From Clostridia bacterium (GTDB lineage: Bacteria; Bacillota; Clostridia; Oscillospirales; CAG-382): a DNA stretch of 64,000 nucleotides. The notes under the pieces were generated by a model that was not told the origin of the DNA, did no database searches, and was given only the letters and a program-made list of their open reading frames with translations. Position 1 is the stretch's first letter. Every line of letters begins with the position of its first letter. The stretch covers positions 817 through 64,816 of the forward strand of contig JAFQKR010000001.1 of the NCBI GenBank assembly GCA_017396825.1, in the 5' to 3' direction. A program made the translations under genes and the position numbers. Of the stretch, positions 1-8,707 are shown in pieces.

Positions 1-1
1 T

Positions 2-1702
2 GACGCTTACGTTAAGGTGGATGTTCCCGCTGCATGGGCAACCTGCGCTGATGATGCACCTAAGGCTGCAGCTACCGGCAAAAGAGAAGATCTCGTTGCA
101 TTTGTTAACGATATCGTTAAGCCCGTTGGCGCTATGAGAGGCGACTCTCTCCCTGTTTCCGCATTCCTTAAGCATGCAGACGGTACCTTCCCTCAGGGCT
201 CTTCCGCTTACGAGAAGAGAGGCGTTGCTGTTTCCGTACCTGTATGGAACAACGACAAGTGTATCCAGTGTAACATGTGTTCCTTCGTATGTCCTCACGC
301 TGCTATCCGTCCTTTTGCTCTTACCGCAGACGAAGCGGCCAAGGCTCCCGCAAGCACCAAGTTTACTGCAAAGCCCGTTGTTAAGACTGATTATAAGTTC
401 ACTATGGCAATCTCTCCCCTTGACTGTATGGGTTGTACCCTCTGCGTTAAGGCTTGTAAGGTTGGCGCTCTTGAGATGACCTCCAGAGTATCTCAGCTTG
501 ATCAGCAGGAAGCATTTGATTACGCAGTAGCTAACGTTTCCGAAAAGACCGAGCTTATCAACAACACCGTTAAGGGCAGTCAGTTTAAGCAGCCCCTCCT
601 TGAGTTCTCCGGCTCTTGTGCAGGTTGTGCTGAAACATCTTACGCACGTCTTATCACCCAGCTTTTCGGTGAAAGAATGTATATCTCCAACGCTACCGGC
701 TGTTCTTCCATTTGGGGCGGTTCTGCACCTGCAACTCCTTACACCGTTAATAAGGAAAGCGGTTGCGGTCCTGCATGGGCTAACTCCCTCTTTGAAGATA
801 ACGCTGAACACGGTCTCGGTATGGCTATCGGCCAAAAGACTCTCCGTGCAAGACTTATCGGCTACGTTAAGGAACTCGGCGAAAAAATCGAAGATGCAGA
901 CAAGAAGGCAATCGTTGATGAATACCTTGCAACCGTTGACGACGGTAAGGCTAATACTGCAGCAACTAAGGCTCTCGTAGCTATGCTCGAGGCTTGTGAT
1001 TGTGATTGCGAACTCAAGAATAAGATTCTTGCAGGCAAGGATTACCTCTCTAAGAAGTCCGTTTGGATCTTTGGCGGTGACGGTTGGGCATACGATATCG
1101 GCTTTGGCGGCCTTGATCACGTAATTGCTTCCGGCGAAGACGTAAATATCATGGTATTTGATACCGAAGTTTACTCCAACACCGGCGGTCAGGCTTCTAA
1201 GGCTTCCAACGTTGGTCAGGTTGCACAGTTCGCAGCAGCAGGTAAGGCTATCGGCAAGAAGGATCTTGCAGCTATCGCTATGTCCTACGGCTACGTTTAC
1301 GTTGCACAGATCGCTATGGGTGCTGATATGAACCAGACTCTCAAGGCTATTACTGAGGCTGAAGCATATCCCGGACCTTCTCTCATCATCGGCTACGCTC
1401 CTTGCGAAATGCACGGCATCCAGGGCGGCGGCATGCAGAACTCTCAGCAGGAAATGAAGAAGGCTGTTGACGCAGGCTATTGGCACACCTTCCGTTACGA
1501 TCCTCGTCGTACCGCTGAAGGCGCTAATCCCTTCGTTCTCGACTCTAAGGAGCCCACTATGAGCTATCAGGACTTCATCAAGAACGAAAACCGTTACAAC
1601 ACTCTTACCAGAGCGTTCCCTGAAAGAGCAGCAGTTCTCTTCGCTCAGGCAGAAGAAAACGCAAAAGCTAAGTACGCTAAGCTTAAGAAGTTGGCTGAAT
1701 AA
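2..1702 (+). CDS. nifJ: Pyruvate:ferredoxin (flavodoxin) oxidoreductase, 5'-truncated by the window edge
   Basis: Two ferredoxin motifs (CIQCNMCSFVCP, CMGCTLCVKAC), FSGSCAGC, TPP-binding GGDGWAYDIG and YSNTGGQ. The frame stays open back to position 2. Confidence 0.97.
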   Translation, partial: DAYVKVDVPAAWATCADDAPKAAATGKREDLVAFVNDIVKPVGAMRGDSLPVSAFLKHADGTFPQGSSAYEKRGVAVSVPVWNNDKCIQCNMCSFVCPHAAIRPFALTADEAAKAPASTKFTAKPVVKTDYKFTMAISPLDCMGCTLCVKACKVGALEMTSRVSQLDQQEAFDYAVANVSEKTELINNTVKGSQFKQPLLEFSGSCAGCAETSYARLITQLFGERMYISNATGCSSIWGGSAPATPYTVNKESGCGPAWANSLFEDNAEHGLGMAIGQKTLRARLIGYVKELGEKIEDADKKAIVDEYLATVDDGKANTAATKALVAMLEACDCDCELKNKILAGKDYLSKKSVWIFGGDGWAYDIGFGGLDHVIASGEDVNIMVFDTEVYSNTGGQASKASNVGQVAQFAAAGKAIGKKDLAAIAMSYGYVYVAQIAMGADMNQTLKAITEAEAYPGPSLIIGYAPCEMHGIQGGGMQNSQQEMKKAVDAGYWHTFRYDPRRTAEGANPFVLDSKEPTMSYQDFIKNENRYNTLTRAFPERAAVLFAQAEENAKAKYAKLKKLAE

Positions 1703-1720
1703 TTTAACAGCCCAGTATTT

Positions 1721-1744
1721 GGGGCGGGCTTTGATGCCCGCCCC
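1721..1744 (+). terminator. GC-rich stem-loop after nifJ (possible terminator)
   Basis: GGGGCGGGC-tttgat-GCCCGCCCC, 9-bp stem, only a weak U-tract. Confidence 0.5.
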
Positions 1745-1775
1745 CTTGTAATATAATATTCAGGAGGGTTTTTGA

Positions 1776-2783
1776 ATGCATAATAAAAACAAAATGTATG
1801 AGTTTGAAAAGATAGCTATCATAGCGGTTATCGTTATGTTTGCGCTTATTATTGGGCTTGTGCTTTTTGCTACCAAAGACAGCGGGAGGCCCTCTACTGA
1901 TGCGCCTTCTGTGGGGCAACTTGACGGCTCGGAAGAAGGCTCGGGCGATGGAAACGGCTTGCTTTCGGGGGTGCCGTCTGTAGCACCGGAAAAAGAAATA
2001 GAGTTTGTTTCCGTTGATGTCGATAACACTAAACTTAATGACGGAGCACTTATTCTTGTTAATCAGGACCATAAGTATACAGCAGATATAAGTTCTTCTC
2101 TCGAAAATTTGTACAGCTATAACCAAAAGGAAGGGAACACCACCGATTGGTATGGGCTTGTTAATGTTAAGCAATCCTTGAAAAAAGAGGTGCTTGATGC
2201 GCTTAATGATATGTACCGTGATTTCTATGCGGCATTGGAATCAACCGACGTAACCATAACAAAGACCTTTGTTGATTCTGAAACCCAACAGCAAGAGTAC
2301 GAATCTATTTACGAAAGTGCGGATGTGGGAAAAAAGCCATATTTGCAGGCCGGCGGTTGTAGTGAGCATCAAACAGGTCTGGCTTTCAACTTAAGGGCTC
2401 CCGATGCGTCTCTCAGTTGGTTTAAGGATAACTGTTGGAAGTATGGTTTTGTTGCTAGATACCCTGAAGGTAAGGAAACCGTTACATATGTTAAGGATGA
2501 GCCTAATCATTTCAGATACGTTGGTGTACCTCACGCGCTGTATATGAAATTAAATAAATTAGTCATGGAGGAATATCTCGGTCTCCTTGAGACTAAGACT
2601 TCGACCTCTCGTTTAAAGCTTGACGTTGGTACGGCTGATAAGTATGAAACCTACGCATGCAAGGCGGAAAACGGGGCTACTACTAAAATTATGGTACCCG
2701 CTGAAAACTCTGGTTGGAGTTATATGATCTCAGGTACGAATAACGGATATTTTGTTGTGACTATCTATCAACTTCAAGGTTAA
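1776..2783 (+). CDS. Membrane-anchored VanY-like (peptidase M15B) D,D-carboxypeptidase homolog with degenerate active site
   Basis: N-terminal TM helix; LILVN, SEHQTGLAF, KYGFVARYP and EPNHFRYVG motifs; SD AGGAGG upstream. Confidence 0.85.
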   Translation: MHNKNKMYEFEKIAIIAVIVMFALIIGLVLFATKDSGRPSTDAPSVGQLDGSEEGSGDGNGLLSGVPSVAPEKEIEFVSVDVDNTKLNDGALILVNQDHKYTADISSSLENLYSYNQKEGNTTDWYGLVNVKQSLKKEVLDALNDMYRDFYAALESTDVTITKTFVDSETQQQEYESIYESADVGKKPYLQAGGCSEHQTGLAFNLRAPDASLSWFKDNCWKYGFVARYPEGKETVTYVKDEPNHFRYVGVPHALYMKLNKLVMEEYLGLLETKTSTSRLKLDVGTADKYETYACKAENGATTKIMVPAENSGWSYMISGTNNGYFVVTIYQLQG

Positions 2784-2793
2784 ATAAACCCTT

Positions 2794-2830
2794 AAAAACG
2801 CTTCTGCTTTTGAAGCGTTTTTTTGTTTTT
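2794..2830 (+). terminator. Rho-independent terminator
   Basis: AAAAACGCTTC-loop-GAAGCGTTTTT followed by a long T run. Confidence 0.85.
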
Positions 2831-3158
2831 TTGATAGGGAAGTGTACCGCTCCAGTACTCTACTTACTATATACACAAAATTGCGAAATAACGTACAGTT
2901 GTAACAAAACCATTCAATAAAGCGCGCACCTCGTGCCCGAACAAGTGTTTTGTGATGTTTTTATACCGTGTAGAATTTTTACCTTGCAATTTGTGGTTTA
3001 TGCACAACAAAAAACACCCTTTCTTGTCGAATTCCTCAATCAAAAGGTGTTAAATGTTATGCATTTTAAATATTAATTAATTTTTAGCCATTTTAATCAA
3101 TTATTGCTGTTGGCGAAATATTATGCTTAATAGCCTTGTTTTCTGTGATTGGAGGCAC

Positions 3159-3188
3159 AATAATGCAATTTATATAAATTGCGTTATT
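3159..3188. promoter_or_regulatory. 30-bp near-perfect palindrome, candidate operator for the ABC operon
   Basis: AATAATGCAATTTATATAAATTGCGTTATT: perfect 18-bp core at 3165-3182, one mismatched pair overall. Confidence 0.5.
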
Positions 3189-3306
3189 CCGATTTTGAAT
3201 TTGTAATTTTATTATGGCAAAATCACTATAAGGACTTGTGTGTGCATATGAACTTTTTTAACCTATTATATATATATAAGAGAACTCTACATGTTGTATG
3301 GAGCCC

Positions 3307-3335
3307 TTGACAAATTTCCTTAAGCATGTTATTAT
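3307..3335 (+). promoter_or_regulatory. SigA-type promoter of the ABC operon
   Basis: TTGACA-N17-TATTAT with extended -10 TG. Confidence 0.8.
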
Positions 3336-3406
3336 CAACTGTATATTTTTATAGCAATACGCTCTAAAACTATGCATTGCAAGAACTTTTTCAGGAGGAA
3401 TGTTGA

Positions 3407-6400
3407 ATGGCGCAAGTTTATTCAAAGCCCAAAAGAGCATTTGTGTTGTTTCTCGTAGCCGTTATGCTGTTTACCGGCTTCGGGGCAATGGGCACAACTG
3501 CTTCCGCTGAGTCTAACAAGACAACAGAACTGCCGGATTCCATGATCAGAACAGACCTTACGGACATGAAGACCGAGGCTTCTTCTATCACTTATGCGGA
3601 ATATCTGGCTCTTTACGCTGGTGTAAAGGATGCTACTAAGGATCAGTACATCGTTGATTTGCACAAAAATGTTAACACTGATGAGACTACTGCTTTCTAT
3701 CAGGAAGTTGCCAGCTTCGGTACCGGTGACGCAAAGATGGAAAACGTTCTTGTTTCCAGTGATGACGGTGCTATCACCTTTGATATTGATGTAAAAGTAA
3801 CAGCGTTTTACACTATTGAAATTACCTATAACACAGGTAGCCTTTATATTTACCGTTGCGGTGACGGCAAAGACGAGGGCTGCGGTCATATCGTTATAGA
3901 GGACCATGAAACTCTGCCCATCGAAAACGCTGTTTGCGATAAGTGCGGCAAGAAGATGTCTGTAACCTTCTCAAAGAACTCTGCAATAGAGCGTAAGGTT
4001 CGTATCGATGGTACTATTCCTTATAAGGAAGCTCGTTCCGTTGAACTTCAGCGTACTTGGGAAGATGTTTACATACTCAGAGACGAGGAAGGCGAAAAGA
4101 TAGGTACCTTGCCCTCTACCTCTAAAGATTATTATGATAAGGTAAATAACGACAATCGCTTCTTTGTTACCGATACTAACGGTAACGAGAAGAAGCCCGA
4201 AAAGTATATGTTCTCCGAGTGGGCAACCTCTATGCTTTACGACTCTACCGGTTATGCTTCCGAGCCTCTCAAGTTCTATCTTGAAGCCGGTAAGCACACC
4301 ATCTCTTTTGACGCGATAAGAGAGCCTGTTGTTATTTCTTCCATAAGCCTTAAGTCTTATGAGGCTCCCATTTCTTACGAAGAGTATTTGGCTAAGTATA
4401 ATGAAGCAGGCGCTAAGGATGTTCCCGCAGGCACCGAATTTACCGTGCAGGGCGAATATGCTTACAAGACCTCTGCTAAGACTATTTATCAGACCAGCGA
4501 CAGAGCATCTTATTACTCTGTTCCTCAGGACGTGTCCAAGACCATACTTAACGAGATTGGCGGCGACAAGTGGCAGTACGTTGGTCAGTGGATAGAATGG
4601 AAGGTAACCGCTCCTGCTACGGGTTATTACAAGATCGTTCCCCGTACCATTCAGGATTTCTATTCCGGCGTTTACGTTTCCAGAAAGCTTTATATTGACG
4701 GCGAAACTCCTTTCGCTGAAGCATCTCAGCTTCGCTTCAACTATACCGACAGTTGGCAGACGAAGACTCTTACCGACGGTAATACCGAATTCAAGTTCTA
4801 CCTTACCGAAGGTGAGCACACAATAAGGATGGAAGTTGTTCTTGGTCAAATGGCTGATATACTCAGCAATGTTGAAACTTCCCTTAACAACATTAACTCC
4901 TATTACAGAAAAATACTTATGATTACCGGTCCTGACCCTGATGAATACAGAGACTATGGCTTTGAACGTTCTCTCCCTGATGTTATCAGAGGTCTTAGAA
5001 AAGAAGCAAAGAACCTTACCGATATATCTAACAGTCTTTCTGAGATTATCGGTTACAAGGGCGAACACTCCGTAACACTTGATAAGGTTGCTTATACGGT
5101 AGGTCAGATGGGTGACTATCCCTCCAAGATCGCTTCTCTTATGGACGACCTTAAGACCCAGAGCGGTTCTCTCGGTACTTGGCTTACCCAAACTCAGAAT
5201 CAGCCCCTTAATATTGACTATATTAAGTTTATGGCTCCCGAGTCTAAGAACCCCGAGGCTGAAGCAGGCTTCTTTAAGGAATTCTGGAACGAAATCCTTA
5301 AGTTTATAATGTCCTTCTTCACCGACTATAACTCTATAAGCAGTACTTCCAAGAAGAACGCTGCTGCTAACGCTGACCAGGCACACACTATCGAGGTATG
5401 GGTTACCACCGGCCGTGACCAGGCTTCCATACTCAGAAACCTTGTTGACGATAGCTTTGCTGCTCAGTATCCCGGCATTAACGTAAAGGTTAAGTTGGTT
5501 GCTGCTGGTACGCTCTTGCCCTCTACTTTGGCAGGTACCGGCCCTGACGTATCTCTTGGTAATGCACAGACCGAAGCAATCAACTATGCTATCCGTTCTG
5601 CTGTTATGGCACTCAACGTTAAGACTGATGAAAACGGCAACTACGTTACCGACAACGGCTTTGACTTTGTAAATCTTGACAGATATGCAGATGATCCCGT
5701 GTTCAGCCAGTATCGTGATGCCAACGGTGAATGGACGGTTGATAATTTTGATGAAGTAAAGATGCGTTTTGCTGATCAAGCTATGGTTCCCCTTACTCTT
5801 TACGGTGAAACCTATGGTATCCCCGAAAACATGTCTTTCTACATGATGTTCTACCGCAAGGACATCCTTGCAGAACTTGATCTTGCCGTTCCAAACACTT
5901 GGGATGACTTCTATGACATGATCTACACCCTTCAGTCCAACAATCTGGAGATAGGCTTCCCCTCCGGTGTTACCGGCTCCACAATTTGGATGTATCAGCA
6001 GGGTGAAACCATGTACGACATGGGTAACTATGACGCATATATGGACAAATACGGCGATAAGCTTATTGCTGACGGAAACGTATACTACGACGACGAAGGC
6101 AACCTTATCCCTAAGACCGATGGTATGACCATTAATCTTGACAGCGATATCGCACTCGCTTGCTTTAAGGATGTTTGTCAGCTTTACACCATGTTCGATT
6201 TCCCTGTAACCTACGACTTTGCAAACCGTTTCCGTTCCGGCGAAATGCCTATTGCAATCGCAGATTACACAGCATACAACCAGCTTATCGTATTTGCTCC
6301 CGAAATCAATGGTATGTGGGAGTTCACACCTCTTCCCGGTACTGCTGATGTTAACGGTTACATAAACAATACCTCTGTTGGTACCGTAACTTCTATGATG

Positions 6401-6814
6401 ATGATGCGTTCCGTTGAAGATAGAGGCAACGAATTTGCTGCATACGTATTTATGCAGTGGTGGTCCAACTCCGATTCTCAGAGTAGCTACGGTAATGAAA
6501 TGGAAGCTCTCCTCGGTCCCTCCGCTAAGCAGAATACGGCAAATATCGAGGCTCTCTATTCCATGCCTTGGTCAAAGAGCGAGCACGACCAGTTGGCAGC
6601 TCAGTTCAAGAACGTTACCATTACTCCCGAGTTCCCCGGCGGTTACATAATCGCGCGTTATACTCAGTTCGCTTTCTTGGGCGTTTACAATAACGACGAC
6701 GAACCCGTTGAAAAGCTTCTGTCTTACATTACTACTATTAACGACGAGCTTTCCAGAAAGAGAGAAGAGTTTGGTCTTCCTATTGCGGAAGAATACAAAT
6801 TGGACGACAAATAA
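3407..6814 (+). CDS. Very large (1135 aa) extracellular solute-binding protein with N-terminal CBM-like beta-sandwich domains
   Basis: Sec signal peptide (TASA); repeated LEAGKHTI/LTEGEHTI jelly-roll motifs; C-terminal sugar SBP motifs (GPDV, YGIP, MFYRKDIL, VPNTWDDF); followed by permeases. Confidence 0.88.
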   Translation: MAQVYSKPKRAFVLFLVAVMLFTGFGAMGTTASAESNKTTELPDSMIRTDLTDMKTEASSITYAEYLALYAGVKDATKDQYIVDLHKNVNTDETTAFYQEVASFGTGDAKMENVLVSSDDGAITFDIDVKVTAFYTIEITYNTGSLYIYRCGDGKDEGCGHIVIEDHETLPIENAVCDKCGKKMSVTFSKNSAIERKVRIDGTIPYKEARSVELQRTWEDVYILRDEEGEKIGTLPSTSKDYYDKVNNDNRFFVTDTNGNEKKPEKYMFSEWATSMLYDSTGYASEPLKFYLEAGKHTISFDAIREPVVISSISLKSYEAPISYEEYLAKYNEAGAKDVPAGTEFTVQGEYAYKTSAKTIYQTSDRASYYSVPQDVSKTILNEIGGDKWQYVGQWIEWKVTAPATGYYKIVPRTIQDFYSGVYVSRKLYIDGETPFAEASQLRFNYTDSWQTKTLTDGNTEFKFYLTEGEHTIRMEVVLGQMADILSNVETSLNNINSYYRKILMITGPDPDEYRDYGFERSLPDVIRGLRKEAKNLTDISNSLSEIIGYKGEHSVTLDKVAYTVGQMGDYPSKIASLMDDLKTQSGSLGTWLTQTQNQPLNIDYIKFMAPESKNPEAEAGFFKEFWNEILKFIMSFFTDYNSISSTSKKNAAANADQAHTIEVWVTTGRDQASILRNLVDDSFAAQYPGINVKVKLVAAGTLLPSTLAGTGPDVSLGNAQTEAINYAIRSAVMALNVKTDENGNYVTDNGFDFVNLDRYADDPVFSQYRDANGEWTVDNFDEVKMRFADQAMVPLTLYGETYGIPENMSFYMMFYRKDILAELDLAVPNTWDDFYDMIYTLQSNNLEIGFPSGVTGSTIWMYQQGETMYDMGNYDAYMDKYGDKLIADGNVYYDDEGNLIPKTDGMTINLDSDIALACFKDVCQLYTMFDFPVTYDFANRFRSGEMPIAIADYTAYNQLIVFAPEINGMWEFTPLPGTADVNGYINNTSVGTVTSMMMMRSVEDRGNEFAAYVFMQWWSNSDSQSSYGNEMEALLGPSAKQNTANIEALYSMPWSKSEHDQLAAQFKNVTITPEFPGGYIIARYTQFAFLGVYNNDDEPVEKLLSYITTINDELSRKREEFGLPIAEEYKLDDK

Positions 6815-6852
6815 CGTAAATACTTTTCATTAATAATTCAAGGAGAGATAAT

Positions 6853-7803
6853 ATGGAACAAAAAACCACTGCTTCCAATCAGCCCGAGCTGAGGAAAGAA
6901 AAATCTAAACTTCAGTGGACTTGGATAGAAATGAAAAAGTATAAGGTAGCGTATGCTATGATAGCACCGTTTTTCCTTCTGTTCTTTGTCTTCACTGTTG
7001 TACCTGTTCTTCTTTCGGTTGTACTCAGTTTTACAACCTTTAACCTTTTGGAATTCCCCGATTTTGTTTTCTTTGATAACTACATAAGATTGTTCCTTTC
7101 GGACGATATCTTCCTTTTATCATTGAAAAACACCTTTATATTCGCTTGTATAACAGGCCCCGTTTCTTACCTGCTGTCCTTGTTTATAGCATGGTTTATT
7201 AACGAGCTTAAGCCTAAACTCAGAGCGTTTGTAACCCTTATATTCTACGCACCTTCCATAGCTGGTAACGTTTACCTTATATGGACCCTCTTGTTCTCCG
7301 GCGACCAGTACGGTCTTGTTAACTCTTGGCTTATGAGACTTGGTTTTATCAACTCTCCCGTACTTTGGTTCCAGGATACAGATTACATTTTCCCTCTGGT
7401 TATAGTAGTAGCATTGTGGACCAGCTTGGGTACTTCCTTCCTTACCTTCATCGCAGGCTTCCAGGTTGTTGACAAGTCTCTGTATGAAGCAGGTGCGGTT
7501 GACGGTATTAAGAACCGTTGGCAGGAACTTTGGTACATCACATTGCCCACCATGAAGCCTCAGCTCATGCTCGGTGCAATTCTTGCGATAACCAACTCCT
7601 TCGGTTTTGGTGCGGTTATTACCGCGTTGGTTGGTTTCCCCAGCCCCGACTACTGCGTTCACACTATAATGCACCATCTGCAGGACTACGGCGGATCCCG
7701 TTTTGAAATGGGCTATGCTTCCGCAATAGCAACCCTCTTGTTCTTAATGATGGTAGGCGCAAACGCCGGTGTTACCAAGATGCTTAGAAAGGTAGGTACC
7801 TGA
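6853..7803 (+). CDS. Carbohydrate ABC transporter permease (MalF/UgpA-like)
   Basis: Multiple TM helices; EAA loop LYEAGAVDG; ITLP motif. Confidence 0.93.
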   Translation: MEQKTTASNQPELRKEKSKLQWTWIEMKKYKVAYAMIAPFFLLFFVFTVVPVLLSVVLSFTTFNLLEFPDFVFFDNYIRLFLSDDIFLLSLKNTFIFACITGPVSYLLSLFIAWFINELKPKLRAFVTLIFYAPSIAGNVYLIWTLLFSGDQYGLVNSWLMRLGFINSPVLWFQDTDYIFPLVIVVALWTSLGTSFLTFIAGFQVVDKSLYEAGAVDGIKNRWQELWYITLPTMKPQLMLGAILAITNSFGFGAVITALVGFPSPDYCVHTIMHHLQDYGGSRFEMGYASAIATLLFLMMVGANAGVTKMLRKVGT

Positions 7804-7806
7804 TAA

Positions 7807-8697
7807 GTGATTAAGAAATTACAATAACTCAAGAACAAAAAAGGCGATAAGCCAAAGCGTCTTAACCGCTCTGCCGGTGGTGACGCGGGTATATTCGTAT
7901 TCCTTGCATTGTTCGGCGTGATCATGGTATTCCCGATGGTTTACGCTATATCTCAGTCTCTCAAGCCGTTGGATGAATTGTGGCGTTTCCCGCCTCGTGT
8001 GTTCGTTGAAAATCCTACCGGCAAAAACTATCGCGACCTTTTCCGCATGCTCGGTGACGCGTGGGTTCCTTTCTCCCGTTACATATTCAACACAGTTTTC
8101 ATCTCTGTTATTGGTACTGCAGGCAACGTGCTTTTCTCCTCTTTGGCTGCATATGCACTTGCTAAGATTGCTTTCCCCGGAAGAAAATTCTTCTTCAAGG
8201 TTGTTGTTTACTCCTTGATGTTCAACTCCACTGTTACCGGTATTACAAACTTCATCACCATGTCCGCATTTGGCATGATCGATACCTATTGGGCTATCAT
8301 AGTTCCCGCTTGGTGTACGACCTACGGCTTGTACTTGATGAAGCAGTTCATGGAAACATCAGTTTCCGACCCCGTTTTGGAATCTGCAAGACTTGAAGGT
8401 GCCAGTGAGATGCGCATCTTCTGGACGATTGCGATGCCTATGGTTAAGCCTGCATGGGTAACCCTTATAATATTTGCGTTTAACTCTTTGTGGAACAGTG
8501 GTACAAGCACTTACATCTACAGTGAGCAGCTTAAGACCTTTAACTACGCAATAAGCCAGGTTGTTTCTGCGGGTATTGCAAGAGCAGGTGCTTCTGCAGC
8601 ATCCACTGTTGTTACAATGATAGTTCCTATCATCGTATTCATTATTACACAGAGTAACGTTATCCAGACGATGTCTACATCCGGTATGAAAGATTAA
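7807..8697 (+). CDS. Carbohydrate ABC transporter permease (MalG/UgpE-like), with an in-frame TAA at 7825-7827 after the likely GTG start
   Basis: EAA loop VLESARLEGASE; SLAAYALAK. GTG 7807 follows AGGTAGGT. The in-frame RLNRSAGGD segment lies upstream of the TTG 7909 used by the ORF track. Confidence 0.85.
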
Positions 8698-8707
8698 GGA
8701 GGCCAAC

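Noticed and set aside
2991-3007. TTGTG-N7-CACAA as a Rex operator
   Set aside because: It is 17 bp rather than the 18-bp Rex box and the inner bases do not match; kept only as an unassigned dyad.
3264-3279. Short (TA)n run upstream of the ABC promoter as a phase-variable tract
   Set aside because: It is short, lies in AT-rich DNA, and is outside the -35/-10 spacer.
3971-5779. 602-aa antisense ORF inside the SBP gene (likewise 12079-13749, 38450-39856, 41845-42873, 61865-62794)
   Set aside because: Shadow ORFs opposite well-supported genes. Strong codon bias on the coding strand removes antisense stops, and they show no motifs.
7825-7827. Stop-codon reassignment as the explanation for the in-frame TAA
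   Set aside because: TAA ends many genes in this window, and this is a single case alongside two unrelated indels.
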